Program-made: the position numbers and the translations under genes
In this document: in pieces, positions 39,527 to 47,854 of the stretch
How positions within the stretch are numbered: the first letter of the stretch is position 1
Layout: each line of letters starts with the position of its first letter
Source of the DNA: a virus
Taxonomy: Duplodnaviria; Caudoviricetes
IMG/VR virus record: IMGVR_UViG_3300023184_000159
Location: 1-55,903 of that record
Length of the DNA: 55,903 nt
Strand: one strand, 5' to 3'
The notes under the pieces: model-generated
Told to the model about the DNA's origin: nothing
Seen by the model: the letters and a program-made list of their open reading frames with translations, nothing else
Database searches by the model: none

Positions 39527-40607
39527 AGCTCTCCATTGCAACCAAAATGTACTTACCGTACTTGTCATGGAAGCGATCAAAGTTCTTCAACTTACTAGCA
39601 TCAAACGGAAGATTGTAGCTAGTCAACGCAACCTTAGCAGCCATAACAGTTAGCTCAGTTGGAAAGTTATCCATAATAAACAAGAAGAAACGATCTGCCT
39701 GTGCATCCCAATCTTTAGCCTTCTTATTAAAAGAATCTTGTAGTTCATAGCAAAGGCTAATGCTCAAAGAGTACATTGCTGAGATTTCTTTGATATTGCA
39801 CTTCTCTACTTTACCAGACAGGATGTCAGTTGGGTTAGGCATCTGTTTAGCAACACGACGGTGTGCCATAAACTTAACAGCAAGTCCTTCACCAATTGCA
39901 CCAGCAACCAAATCGGTTAATGTACGCTCGTCCAAATCGTCATCTTTAAGCAAATCGCTAACAAAGGACCAAGAACGTGGAGTTGCAAAGGCACGGCTTG
40001 AAGATTTTGGATCAAAATCGTACAAATCTTGTTTGGCAAAACCAATGTAACCAACAACTTGCTCATGCACCTTGTTGTTAACAGCCCACTCTTGCCAGTC
40101 TTCAAAGTCAGATTTCAATTCAATGTGAACAAAACGGTTAGCTAACGGAGCAGGCATACGATAAGTAACACCTTTGTCAGTTTCACGGTTACCTGCGGCA
40201 ACAATGCTAACACCTTTTGGCAGTTGATAAGTACCAACACGACGGTTAAGTACTAATTGGAAAGCCGCTGCCTGTGTAGCAGGAGCCGCAGAGTTTAACT
40301 CATCCAAGAATAGGATAGCAGTCGATTCTGGATCAGTGGGTAATTCCGAAGGAGGAGCCCATGTCATAGTGTTTTCGTTACTATTGTAATATGGAATACC
40401 TTTAATATCAGTAGGTTCCCAGAGGCTTAAACGGACATCGATAACTTCACGTCCTTGTTCGTCGCCAATTTGTTTAACGATATCGGATTTGCCAATACCC
40501 GGAGGGCCCCACATGAACACAGGACGCTGGATCTTCACACATTTACGGATACTACGCTTTGCCTCGTTAGGAGTAACGGTGCGATTTGCGCTCATTGCTT
40601 CTGCCAT
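39525..40607 (-). CDS. MoxR-like AAA+ ATPase
   Basis: Walker A GPPGIGKS, Walker B LFLDE, AAGNR, LANRF, TPRSW; adjacent VWA partner. Confidence 0.9.
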   Translation of the reverse strand: MAEAMSANRTVTPNEAKRSIRKCVKIQRPVFMWGPPGIGKSDIVKQIGDEQGREVIDVRLSLWEPTDIKGIPYYNSNENTMTWAPPSELPTDPESTAILFLDELNSAAPATQAAAFQLVLNRRVGTYQLPKGVSIVAAGNRETDKGVTYRMPAPLANRFVHIELKSDFEDWQEWAVNNKVHEQVVGYIGFAKQDLYDFDPKSSSRAFATPRSWSFVSDLLKDDDLDERTLTDLVAGAIGEGLAVKFMAHRRVAKQMPNPTDILSGKVEKCNIKEISAMYSLSISLCYELQDSFNKKAKDWDAQADRFFLFIMDNFPTELTVMAAKVALTSYNLPFDASKLKNFDRFHDKYGKYILVAMES

Positions 40608-40668
40608 AGTGTTATCTTTCTAAAAAAGTTAAATTAGTATTGCGGCGATTATTTGCTGCAATACGTTA

Positions 40669-40697
40669 ATTATACATACATTTACTCACTTTGTCAA
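40669..40697 (-). promoter_or_regulatory. Consensus sigma70 (early) promoter for the AAA+ gene
   Basis: Perfect TTGACA-17 nt-TATAAT. Confidence 0.78.
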
Positions 40698-41074
40698 GTG
40701 ATTTCTGCATATCGTTTCTGTGCTCTTTGTAGTTTTTGGATATTTCCAGAAAATAAAATAAGCTGAATTGCCATTTTTTCTCCAAAAAGATAAATTTCTT
40801 TATGGGTTAAGTAAAACGGACAGTCAACATTGTTGTCAATCCACAATAATAACGAATTAGTTAAGAACATCGGCTCTTCAAATGCTACCCTGTGATGTTT
40901 GATTTCGGCATTACAGAAACTTTCAAATCCTTTTTCAGTTAATCCAAGTCCACCTTTTTTCTTAAGTCTTGGATTACTCCACAATACCTGACGTAGTGTA
41001 TCAATAGATTTATCGTCGGTGGCTAGCCCTAATTGTTCGGCCACCAGTTTAGTGATTTTAAGTTTTTGGTTCAT
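40694..41074 (-). CDS. Hypothetical protein
   Basis: ORF tiles with neighbours; ATG 41074 preferred over GTG 41089. Confidence 0.7.
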   Translation of the reverse strand: MNQKLKITKLVAEQLGLATDDKSIDTLRQVLWSNPRLKKKGGLGLTEKGFESFCNAEIKHHRVAFEEPMFLTNSLLLWIDNNVDCPFYLTHKEIYLFGEKMAIQLILFSGNIQKLQRAQKRYAEIT

Positions 41075-41357
41075 CGGTGATTTTCTCACCAGAAGTTAGT
41101 TTATAAACGGAAAACTCTGTTGTGTTAAACATTTTGTTTAATTTTTCCGCTAAATTAAAAGCATGACCACTATTTGCAAAAGATACTTTCTTATATTTTG
41201 GTCCTACTTCTTGTGCAACCACACTACTGGTCTTTAAATTAATAGGTTTATCTTGATAAAATACAGACCAAACAGCGTCAGACTCTAAAACTTGATCTGT
41301 TTTATACGATTTTTTATTTGTTATCTCTAATAAGACTTTCGGTTTAGGTCTACTCAT
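41058..41357 (-). CDS. Hypothetical protein (MSRPKP N-terminus)
   Basis: 99 aa, GGAG SD, upstream TAAATA. Confidence 0.75.
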   Translation of the reverse strand: MSRPKPKVLLEITNKKSYKTDQVLESDAVWSVFYQDKPINLKTSSVVAQEVGPKYKKVSFANSGHAFNLAEKLNKMFNTTEFSVYKLTSGEKITDEPKT

Positions 41358-41397
41358 TACATACGCTCCAAATGTGCGTATATATTTACCTGTTTTT

Positions 41398-41604
41398 CTA
41401 AAATCTACCGCCGTCCATTTTAACTTGTATTGTAGGAATATCCGGTGAAGACTGTCCTGCTAATCGTGTCATTACTGCTGCTAGACTATTTTGCAAGTCT
41501 GTAGCTTCTTTTATACTTAACGTTACCACTTTTTGATTAGTTTTTATGGCAATTTTAGTCTTATCTAAGAAGTCTTCAATAGGTAATGTGTTTAATTGCT
41601 TCAT
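41398..41604 (-). CDS. Hypothetical protein
   Basis: 68 aa, ATGA overlap with the upstream gene. Confidence 0.65.
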   Translation of the reverse strand: MKQLNTLPIEDFLDKTKIAIKTNQKVVTLSIKEATDLQNSLAAVMTRLAGQSSPDIPTIQVKMDGGRF

Positions 41605-42071
41605 ATCTTATTTAAACTATTTAATACAACCTTCATTTCTTGTGAAGTTTTAAACGGTCCATGATATGGATTCCGTTCAAGTGTAATTAATTTTGGACAA
41701 TAGCTTCGTAGCCAACCTTTCTGAAATTGTATGACATAGTAGCCAGCACAATATCTACTCTTACTTTTTAAGTTTTTTGTATATAGAGGTAATTTAGATT
41801 GTACATTATATACAGGATTATATGGTTTGGTTCGACAAGGATAGTTATAAATTGTATGGGTAAGTGGTTCTATTTCAAACTTGTTAGTTTTTTTATCAAC
41901 AGTTGCTAGTTGATCAACAATTTCTTTGAAACTTTTAATTTCTACCATTTTACCTTTACGTAAGAATATGTATCCTTTTTTATTTTTAGCAATAGATCCA
42001 ATCTTCTTACCATTGCCTTCGATAATCCATTCTTTATTTGGGATCAATACTTTTGAAATTACTGCATTCAT
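41601..42071 (-). CDS. Hypothetical basic protein
   Basis: 156 aa, ATGA-coupled on both sides. Confidence 0.72.
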   Translation of the reverse strand: MNAVISKVLIPNKEWIIEGNGKKIGSIAKNKKGYIFLRKGKMVEIKSFKEIVDQLATVDKKTNKFEIEPLTHTIYNYPCRTKPYNPVYNVQSKLPLYTKNLKSKSRYCAGYYVIQFQKGWLRSYCPKLITLERNPYHGPFKTSQEMKVVLNSLNKI

Positions 42072-43060
42072 GCTATATACCTCGCATTTAGTGGTTCTGC
42101 ATAACTTTGCACCTGTTCGCTGATCTTGTTTAGATCATATTCAGAGCATAGTTTGAGCAATCTTACTCCAACTTGTGGAATATTTTTTTCTGCTTGTGTA
42201 GCAGTATCTATTGTTTCTTTAATTAACTCTTTAATGTTATCTGGTTGTGCTGTTAAATCGCACAGTTGTACATTACGAGTGTAATCATCTAACACACGAT
42301 GTTCAATACCTTCGTGGTCAGACCAACGTTGCAACATGAGATTGTTCCAAGAATATCCTTTGCTTACTCTGTCAGCAAAGGCCTCACGGAGACCAACTTT
42401 ATTCTTTGTTCCTTTCTCACGTACTCCCGGATAAGCAGAGAAGATGTTGTCAGAGGTGTCTCCACGCATACACTTCTCAAAGAGTAACCATGCTGGGTCC
42501 GGTGCGCCTTTTGGCAAATTAGTTTTTTTATCTTTAACAGGCTTACCTTTTTCATCAAAGTATCCCTCGTGTGTAGTTGTAATCTGCATTACACCATTAT
42601 ATTGGCGAACATTGGGTGCAATAAGTTGTGCAAAATCCCCATCGGTTGAAACTACAATATGATTATCAGAAGGATGACTTTGTATCCAACCTGCAATTAA
42701 ATCATCTGCTTCAAGTTGTGGATGTTGCAATACGGTACAATTAGTTTTATTTGTAATATAATCTTTAAACTGATCAAACGTTTCCCAAAACACACGATCT
42801 TCTTCTGCTTCTCTTGGACTCTGAGCAGCACGGGCTTCTGTACGTTGCCGTTTGTAAGGAGCATATACATCTTTACGCCAGCTTCTACCTTCCAAAAAGA
42901 AGATAACATGATCGCCTTTAAAGTCACGCCATGCTTTGCGAACACTGCCTAATACAGTAGCAAGACTCATTCCAATCTTATCATTTAGATCACCACGAGT
43001 GGCGTGTCTTGCACGGAAGAATGTGTTTGCTGTATCTACAAGAATGTATGTTTTGTTCAT
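42068..43060 (-). CDS. rnh: RNase H / 5'-3' exonuclease (T4 Rnh-like, FEN superfamily)
   Basis: LVDTAN, WRK..Y..YK..R, EADDLIA, STDGDFAQL, GDTSDNI. Confidence 0.88.
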   Translation of the reverse strand: MNKTYILVDTANTFFRARHATRGDLNDKIGMSLATVLGSVRKAWRDFKGDHVIFFLEGRSWRKDVYAPYKRQRTEARAAQSPREAEEDRVFWETFDQFKDYITNKTNCTVLQHPQLEADDLIAGWIQSHPSDNHIVVSTDGDFAQLIAPNVRQYNGVMQITTTHEGYFDEKGKPVKDKKTNLPKGAPDPAWLLFEKCMRGDTSDNIFSAYPGVREKGTKNKVGLREAFADRVSKGYSWNNLMLQRWSDHEGIEHRVLDDYTRNVQLCDLTAQPDNIKELIKETIDTATQAEKNIPQVGVRLLKLCSEYDLNKISEQVQSYAEPLNARYIA

Positions 43061-43473
43061 TAAGAAATTTCCGATCTACCGTCACCTAAATTATTAACAT
43101 TAATATAACCGCTGCCTCGACGATCCATATTTACACCTGACTCACTTCCAATATTTCGGCACAAGTCTTGAAACCAAAGATCAACTACTGATTCGTCTGT
43201 CTCGCCCTGATATCCTTCAGTTCTTAATTTTAACACAAAATATTCATTCCAGTCAAGTTCAAAGAAGCCATTGCGAATATTATCCTTATTAACATGAGTA
43301 TCCATAACTGCTACCCACGGTTCTTTTTTTTCTGTAGCAATTTCTTTTGCTGTTTTTTGTTTCTTTGCTCGTGGAACTTTGGGTAAAATAACTGGCTCGT
43401 TCTTAACTTCGGGTGTTTCTATAACTACTGGTTTGTCTACAATGCCTAATAAATTTTTAATAAACGTTTTCAT
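43060..43473 (-). CDS. Hypothetical protein
   Basis: 137 aa, coupled to rnh; FFELDWNEYF core. Confidence 0.72.
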   Translation of the reverse strand: MKTFIKNLLGIVDKPVVIETPEVKNEPVILPKVPRAKKQKTAKEIATEKKEPWVAVMDTHVNKDNIRNGFFELDWNEYFVLKLRTEGYQGETDESVVDLWFQDLCRNIGSESGVNMDRRGSGYINVNNLGDGRSEIS

Positions 43474-43501
43474 TTTTTTCTCTTTAGATTATGTATAAAA
43501 G

Positions 43502-43672
43502 CTACCTAAATATTGCGTAAATAATGGTTACTATTATTATACAAACAATTATAAGTATTTCGGTTTCTGTTTTAAATATAGGAGTAGTAGGTTGATAATA
43601 TGATGTACAATGAGGACATCTTGTTGCAAGATAATCCATTTGATTCAAACAACTTGGACATGTTTTAGACAT
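43502..43672 (-). CDS. Small zinc-ribbon membrane protein, 56 aa (absent from the ORF track)
   Basis: Hand translation: MSKTCPSCLNQMDYLATRCPHCTSYYQPTTPIFKTETEILIIVCIIIVTIIYAIFR; two CPxC knuckles and a C-terminal hydrophobic helix; fills the gap. Confidence 0.7.
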   Translation of the reverse strand: MSKTCPSCLNQMDYLATRCPHCTSYYQPTTPIFKTETEILIIVCIIIVTIIYAIFR

Positions 43673-43685
43673 ATATATTCTTTAA

Positions 43686-44555
43686 TTAAGTTCCCCACTC
43701 GTTTTTAAAGAGTGGTACCTGCAATCTATCACTATATCTCAATCCATGTTTCATTGCTAACAATGCTACATTCTTATTATTCATTGCATACACACTTTCA
43801 ATACCACCCACTGGCATTAGATATATGTGTCCTAAAAATCCTGCTGTTCGATATGCAGCAATAGCACATTCAGCATCTGCAAAGTCTTGCTCTGTAGCAA
43901 TAACAAACTTCAAATATGCTGTACCATATTCTTCATACTCACAAACACGTTCTGGTTTAATAGCATCATTCCATGGCTCACCACTGCAAGGCAATTTAGC
44001 ACTGACACTAAATGTAACTTCTCTATAGAAATCAACATCATCATGATATTTCCAGGTATGTAAGTATTGTTTGAATTCTTTTGTTAAATTCATTGTGCCA
44101 TTAGTTTCAAATGTGATTTCTTTAAGATTTTTCATCTTAGGATGTTTCAACAAATCTGGATATTGTTTTTGCCAACCCAACAACGGCTCGCCACCAGTGA
44201 TAACAAGATGCTCATCACGCCACTCACCATGCGGAAGTATTTCCATAATGCGTTCTACAATTGCATCTGTGGTTAGTAGTGGGCTGTAGTCTTTAAAACG
44301 TGGATCCCAACTTGCGTAACTATCACAACCTGTGCTTACTAATGGTAAATCTTTATATGCACCAAAAGGCATTTGTGCATCTTGTATTGCAATTGTCTCA
44401 ACCTCTGTGCTTAGTTCGCCACGCGGCATACCAAAGCCAGCACAGCGGAAATTACAGCCGAAAGTTCTAAGGAACACACTGGGCACTCCCATATAACGTC
44501 CTTCACCTTGGATACTATAAAATAATTCTGCTATTTTAATCTTTGACATTTTCAA
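43686..44555 (-). CDS. queE: 7-carboxy-7-deazaguanine synthase, radical SAM
   Basis: ELFYSIQGEG, VFLRTFGCNFRC...GCDS, VITGGEPLL, FETNGT, SDRLQV.LF. Confidence 0.88.
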   Translation of the reverse strand: MKMSKIKIAELFYSIQGEGRYMGVPSVFLRTFGCNFRCAGFGMPRGELSTEVETIAIQDAQMPFGAYKDLPLVSTGCDSYASWDPRFKDYSPLLTTDAIVERIMEILPHGEWRDEHLVITGGEPLLGWQKQYPDLLKHPKMKNLKEITFETNGTMNLTKEFKQYLHTWKYHDDVDFYREVTFSVSAKLPCSGEPWNDAIKPERVCEYEEYGTAYLKFVIATEQDFADAECAIAAYRTAGFLGHIYLMPVGGIESVYAMNNKNVALLAMKHGLRYSDRLQVPLFKNEWGT

Positions 44556-45552
44556 CCTTTATAATTTTAAGATTAGTTTTTTCCATCCACTCAAGAGTAG
44601 TTGATACAATGGTTTCTAATTGACTATATTTAGGCCGCCATTGAGTATGTGACATAAATTTATTTGGATCTGCAATCAATTCATCCGGATCGCCAAATCT
44701 TCTTGGACCTAATTCATAATCAACATCTAGTCCAGTGGCAGCTTCTACTGCTTTGACTATTTCTAGATTACTAATACCTTGACCTGTTCCTAGATTATAC
44801 GCTTTAAATGTACCACGGTCAAGTGTTTCAGCAAGATCTACTGCTTGTACGTGAGCACTAGCAATATCCGATACATGCAAATAATCTCTCACGCATGTTC
44901 CGTCTATTGTAGAAAAATCATTACCGTTTATAGTAAGTGTTCTTCTCTCTAAAACACTTTGTACAACTCTAGGAACTAAATGAGTATCGTCCCAATTGTT
45001 ACCTAGATCGCTATCTGGGTCGCATCCACAAGCATTAAAATATCTTAGTGCAATACCTTTAAATCTGTGTGCATGTGCGTGACTTTCAATTACATATTCA
45101 CACATTTTCTTACTATGGCCATATGGACTTACAGGTATACCTTGTGCAGATTCAGTGATAGGAACAAGGCAGTCGTTGCCATAAGTTGCTGCACTACTAC
45201 TAAAGATGATTGTACCTTTCCATCCTAGTGTAGCTAACTCATCTAACATACGATTAGTTTTTGCAACATTATTATCGTAATATTCACCGGGATTGGCAAT
45301 GCTTGGTCCAACTAAACTAGTACCAGCAATATGTATGATTGTGTCTACTTTGTTTATATTAGCAGCCGTTGCAGTGATGTTTACAAAGTCGTCAATTATC
45401 AATTCATTAACAAACATAGAAGCATCTGGAATAGTCCATGTACGGTCAATGCCGATTACATAATAGCCAGCTTGCTGAAAGGCCTTAGCGGTATGACTAC
45501 CAATAAAGCCCATCGCACCTGTTATAATTACTCGTTTAGTATTTTGATTCAC
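44536..45552 (-). CDS. galE: UDP-glucose 4-epimerase-like extended SDR
   Basis: TGAMGFIGSH, FSSSAATYG, PYGHSK (YxxxK), LRYFNACG, DGTCVRDYLHV.D, YNLGTG.G, RR.GDP. Confidence 0.9.
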   Translation of the reverse strand: MNQNTKRVIITGAMGFIGSHTAKAFQQAGYYVIGIDRTWTIPDASMFVNELIIDDFVNITATAANINKVDTIIHIAGTSLVGPSIANPGEYYDNNVAKTNRMLDELATLGWKGTIIFSSSAATYGNDCLVPITESAQGIPVSPYGHSKKMCEYVIESHAHAHRFKGIALRYFNACGCDPDSDLGNNWDDTHLVPRVVQSVLERRTLTINGNDFSTIDGTCVRDYLHVSDIASAHVQAVDLAETLDRGTFKAYNLGTGQGISNLEIVKAVEAATGLDVDYELGPRRFGDPDELIADPNKFMSHTQWRPKYSQLETIVSTTLEWMEKTNLKIIKVENVKD

Positions 45553-46711
45553 GAGTATATTTCCTGTAATCAGTACTCATACGCAACCATTCTTCGCCTT
45601 GCCCTTCTAGAATATTGCAAATACGATCAATAGTGCCATCATTGTAATCGCTTATTCTTCCTATGTTTTTATGCGGCTCTTGTAGTAATCTACGCAACTT
45701 ACCAATAGCATTATCAATAGACCAAGGGATATACAAACGGTCAGGATCGTTAGCGAAAGTTTCAGGAAAACTACGATATGCAGGATACAACACATTGCAG
45801 CCAAGAGCATCTGCTTCACTGACCGTATTCGAAACCCAATCTTGTAAAGCGCAATTGAACACAACACGAGATTTATTAACAATATTATAATAATCATTCT
45901 TTTCTAAATCCTCATAGATTTTCAACAACCCACGTGATTGCATGTCACGAGTTCGTTGCATATAACTGTCGCTATTGGATTTTAATTTGCCGCCACTACA
46001 TACACAGAATTCAACATCTGTATCTGGATTCTCTTTAAACCATTGTTCAATGAGGTCCATATAGAAATCAGGTTGTTTCTCCTGATCCCAACGTGCAGAA
46101 AATACCACACGATTCTTGCGTTCATTGAATGGCTTAATGCTTGTAACACGACCTTGTACTTCACTCTTGCCGAATGCTAATCCACTGATATTGTAGATTG
46201 GAGCCCGCCAACCTGCAATCTTCATATGCATTACCATTTCTTCGTTAGTTGCTAGTACACCATCTACGAACGAATCAACCATCTTTTCATAATGACCCAT
46301 GAACTCTTGCATATTCCACACATGAACAAAATCGTCAGGATCAATAGACTGGGCAAGACAGCGAACAAAAATACGAGGCCGGTGGCTGCTATCGATTTGC
46401 TTGAGGATATAAGGTAAGCTCTCGATACCGGGTTGAAACATGTCCTCAAAGTAGACAACATCTTCATTGTTTAATTCTCCTGCTTTCATCATACGTATCA
46501 AGTTCATAAGTTGGCTCATACCAAAGTATGTGCGTCCATGTGCATCTAGTACCTGACCGGTTACAATTGCTTGATCATTGCTGAGTGTTTCGCCAGGCAC
46601 AACAACATAGTTAATACCACGACGATCAAATACAGCAGTATTCCAATCTTGCAATTGATATGTATATCGGGCGACATATTTTTCTAGCCCCATATAGTAT
46701 AATTTACGCAT
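45536..46711 (-). CDS. GT-B fold (GT4-like) glycosyltransferase, candidate DNA-base glycosyltransferase
   Basis: FSARWDQEK, and QDWVSNTVSEADALGC..LYP...SFPE matching the (D/E)x7E donor-binding motif. Confidence 0.75.
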   Translation of the reverse strand: MRKLYYMGLEKYVARYTYQLQDWNTAVFDRRGINYVVVPGETLSNDQAIVTGQVLDAHGRTYFGMSQLMNLIRMMKAGELNNEDVVYFEDMFQPGIESLPYILKQIDSSHRPRIFVRCLAQSIDPDDFVHVWNMQEFMGHYEKMVDSFVDGVLATNEEMVMHMKIAGWRAPIYNISGLAFGKSEVQGRVTSIKPFNERKNRVVFSARWDQEKQPDFYMDLIEQWFKENPDTDVEFCVCSGGKLKSNSDSYMQRTRDMQSRGLLKIYEDLEKNDYYNIVNKSRVVFNCALQDWVSNTVSEADALGCNVLYPAYRSFPETFANDPDRLYIPWSIDNAIGKLRRLLQEPHKNIGRISDYNDGTIDRICNILEGQGEEWLRMSTDYRKYTRESKY

Positions 46712-46947
46712 TATTGTTCCTGATATTCACGACTAGGCTTGTTTGATGCCTCGCGACGTGCCTTACGTTGCAAATACTCTTGCTCTTGTTGGAACCTGCG
46801 ATAGTCATTAGAACGATAAAGATCTTTCTCGCTGTATGGAAGAAGATTAAATCTGCAATGATCTAACCAAGCATCAAGATCATCAAAGATCCGAGATACT
46901 TCGGGTTTCATTTTAAGAGTTTTTTGAATATAATTTGGCTGTGCCAT
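46711..46947 (-). CDS. Hypothetical protein
   Basis: 78 aa, coupled to the glycosyltransferase. Confidence 0.7.
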   Translation of the reverse strand: MAQPNYIQKTLKMKPEVSRIFDDLDAWLDHCRFNLLPYSEKDLYRSNDYRRFQQEQEYLQRKARREASNKPSREYQEQ

Positions 46948-46963
46948 TTAAGTTTTCCTATTA

Positions 46964-47347
46964 TTAGGGTTGATTAAAAAAAGTAAGTGTAGCACCATTC
47001 TCGCCGTCTTCACTTACGTCTATGATGGTCTGACGACCAGGATACCTTGCAGTGATTGTCGTGTTAAGTTCACGAGCAATCATTTCACAAGATTTGTGGT
47101 TGAGTTCAAGAATGCCATCATTGTAGCACTTCTCAAGCCAACGCTTAAACTGAATAAATTCAATATCGCGGTCATCTTGGAAGACCTGGATAAAAACTTT
47201 AAAGTGGAAAATATGTCGATGTGGTGTTCCAAGGAAACTAACATCATATTCATCGCCTGTGGCTAACTTAGGATCAGTTGCGGCTGCGGGATACATGTGG
47301 ATACCTTCTTTACGGAAGGTAACCCAGATCATTGATAATTCTTTCAT
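46964..47347 (-). CDS. QueD/PTPS-family T-fold paralogue (DpdL-like)
   Basis: EGIH, LGTPHRHIF (replaces CxxxHGH), SCEMIA (equivalent to TAENLA), VSEDGENGA (equivalent to VWET). Confidence 0.65.
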   Translation of the reverse strand: MKELSMIWVTFRKEGIHMYPAAATDPKLATGDEYDVSFLGTPHRHIFHFKVFIQVFQDDRDIEFIQFKRWLEKCYNDGILELNHKSCEMIARELNTTITARYPGRQTIIDVSEDGENGATLTFFNQP

Positions 47348-47853
47348 GTAATTACTTCGTCTTTGGTATATTGAGACCAGTCTGTAAAGGTCTCACGAGT
47401 TAATAAATTGTGTAGGCTGTGACACCACACACCGGGGTTAGTTGACTTGAAGTCTTTGTCATCTATTTTAATTATAGCATTATAACCTAGTTGTTGTAAA
47501 TAGGGCAGTTTCACCGAAATCATTGGAATAAAATTATGATACTCAGTGAATCCACCTTCTAACATGCCTTCAACGCATTTAACATCTATGTCCAATGTAC
47601 ATTGATAATCTCTTAGAAGGAAATATTTTAACATTTTTTCCCACGGCATCCACCCATCGGCATCGTTTATGTCTAGATTAGGGAAACTTTGATTAGCACC
47701 AAAATAGATATGCTCGCAGCCTTGTAAATTGGCAGCAATATCATCTACACTTTGTACACCTACAACAAATAAAGTTTTCTTACCATATGCAGGAGTATGT
47801 TCTACTTCTGTACCATGAAAGAAATTAATATTATCGTGTCCGTCTCTAATCAT
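47344..47853 (-). CDS. Hypothetical protein, possibly a QueE-fold paralogue lacking the Fe-S cysteines
   Basis: 169 aa, coupled inside the cluster; five short motifs occur in the same order as in the QueE of this window. Confidence 0.55.
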   Translation of the reverse strand: MIRDGHDNINFFHGTEVEHTPAYGKKTLFVVGVQSVDDIAANLQGCEHIYFGANQSFPNLDINDADGWMPWEKMLKYFLLRDYQCTLDIDVKCVEGMLEGGFTEYHNFIPMISVKLPYLQQLGYNAIIKIDDKDFKSTNPGVWCHSLHNLLTRETFTDWSQYTKDEVIT

Positions 47854-47854
47854 A

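Noticed and set aside
44536-46711. GalE plus glycosyltransferase as a captured LPS or capsule locus
   Set aside because: No flippase, polymerase, further GTs or membrane anchors, and the genes overlap queE inside the deazaguanine cluster. A surface or virion glycosylation role is less likely but not excluded.
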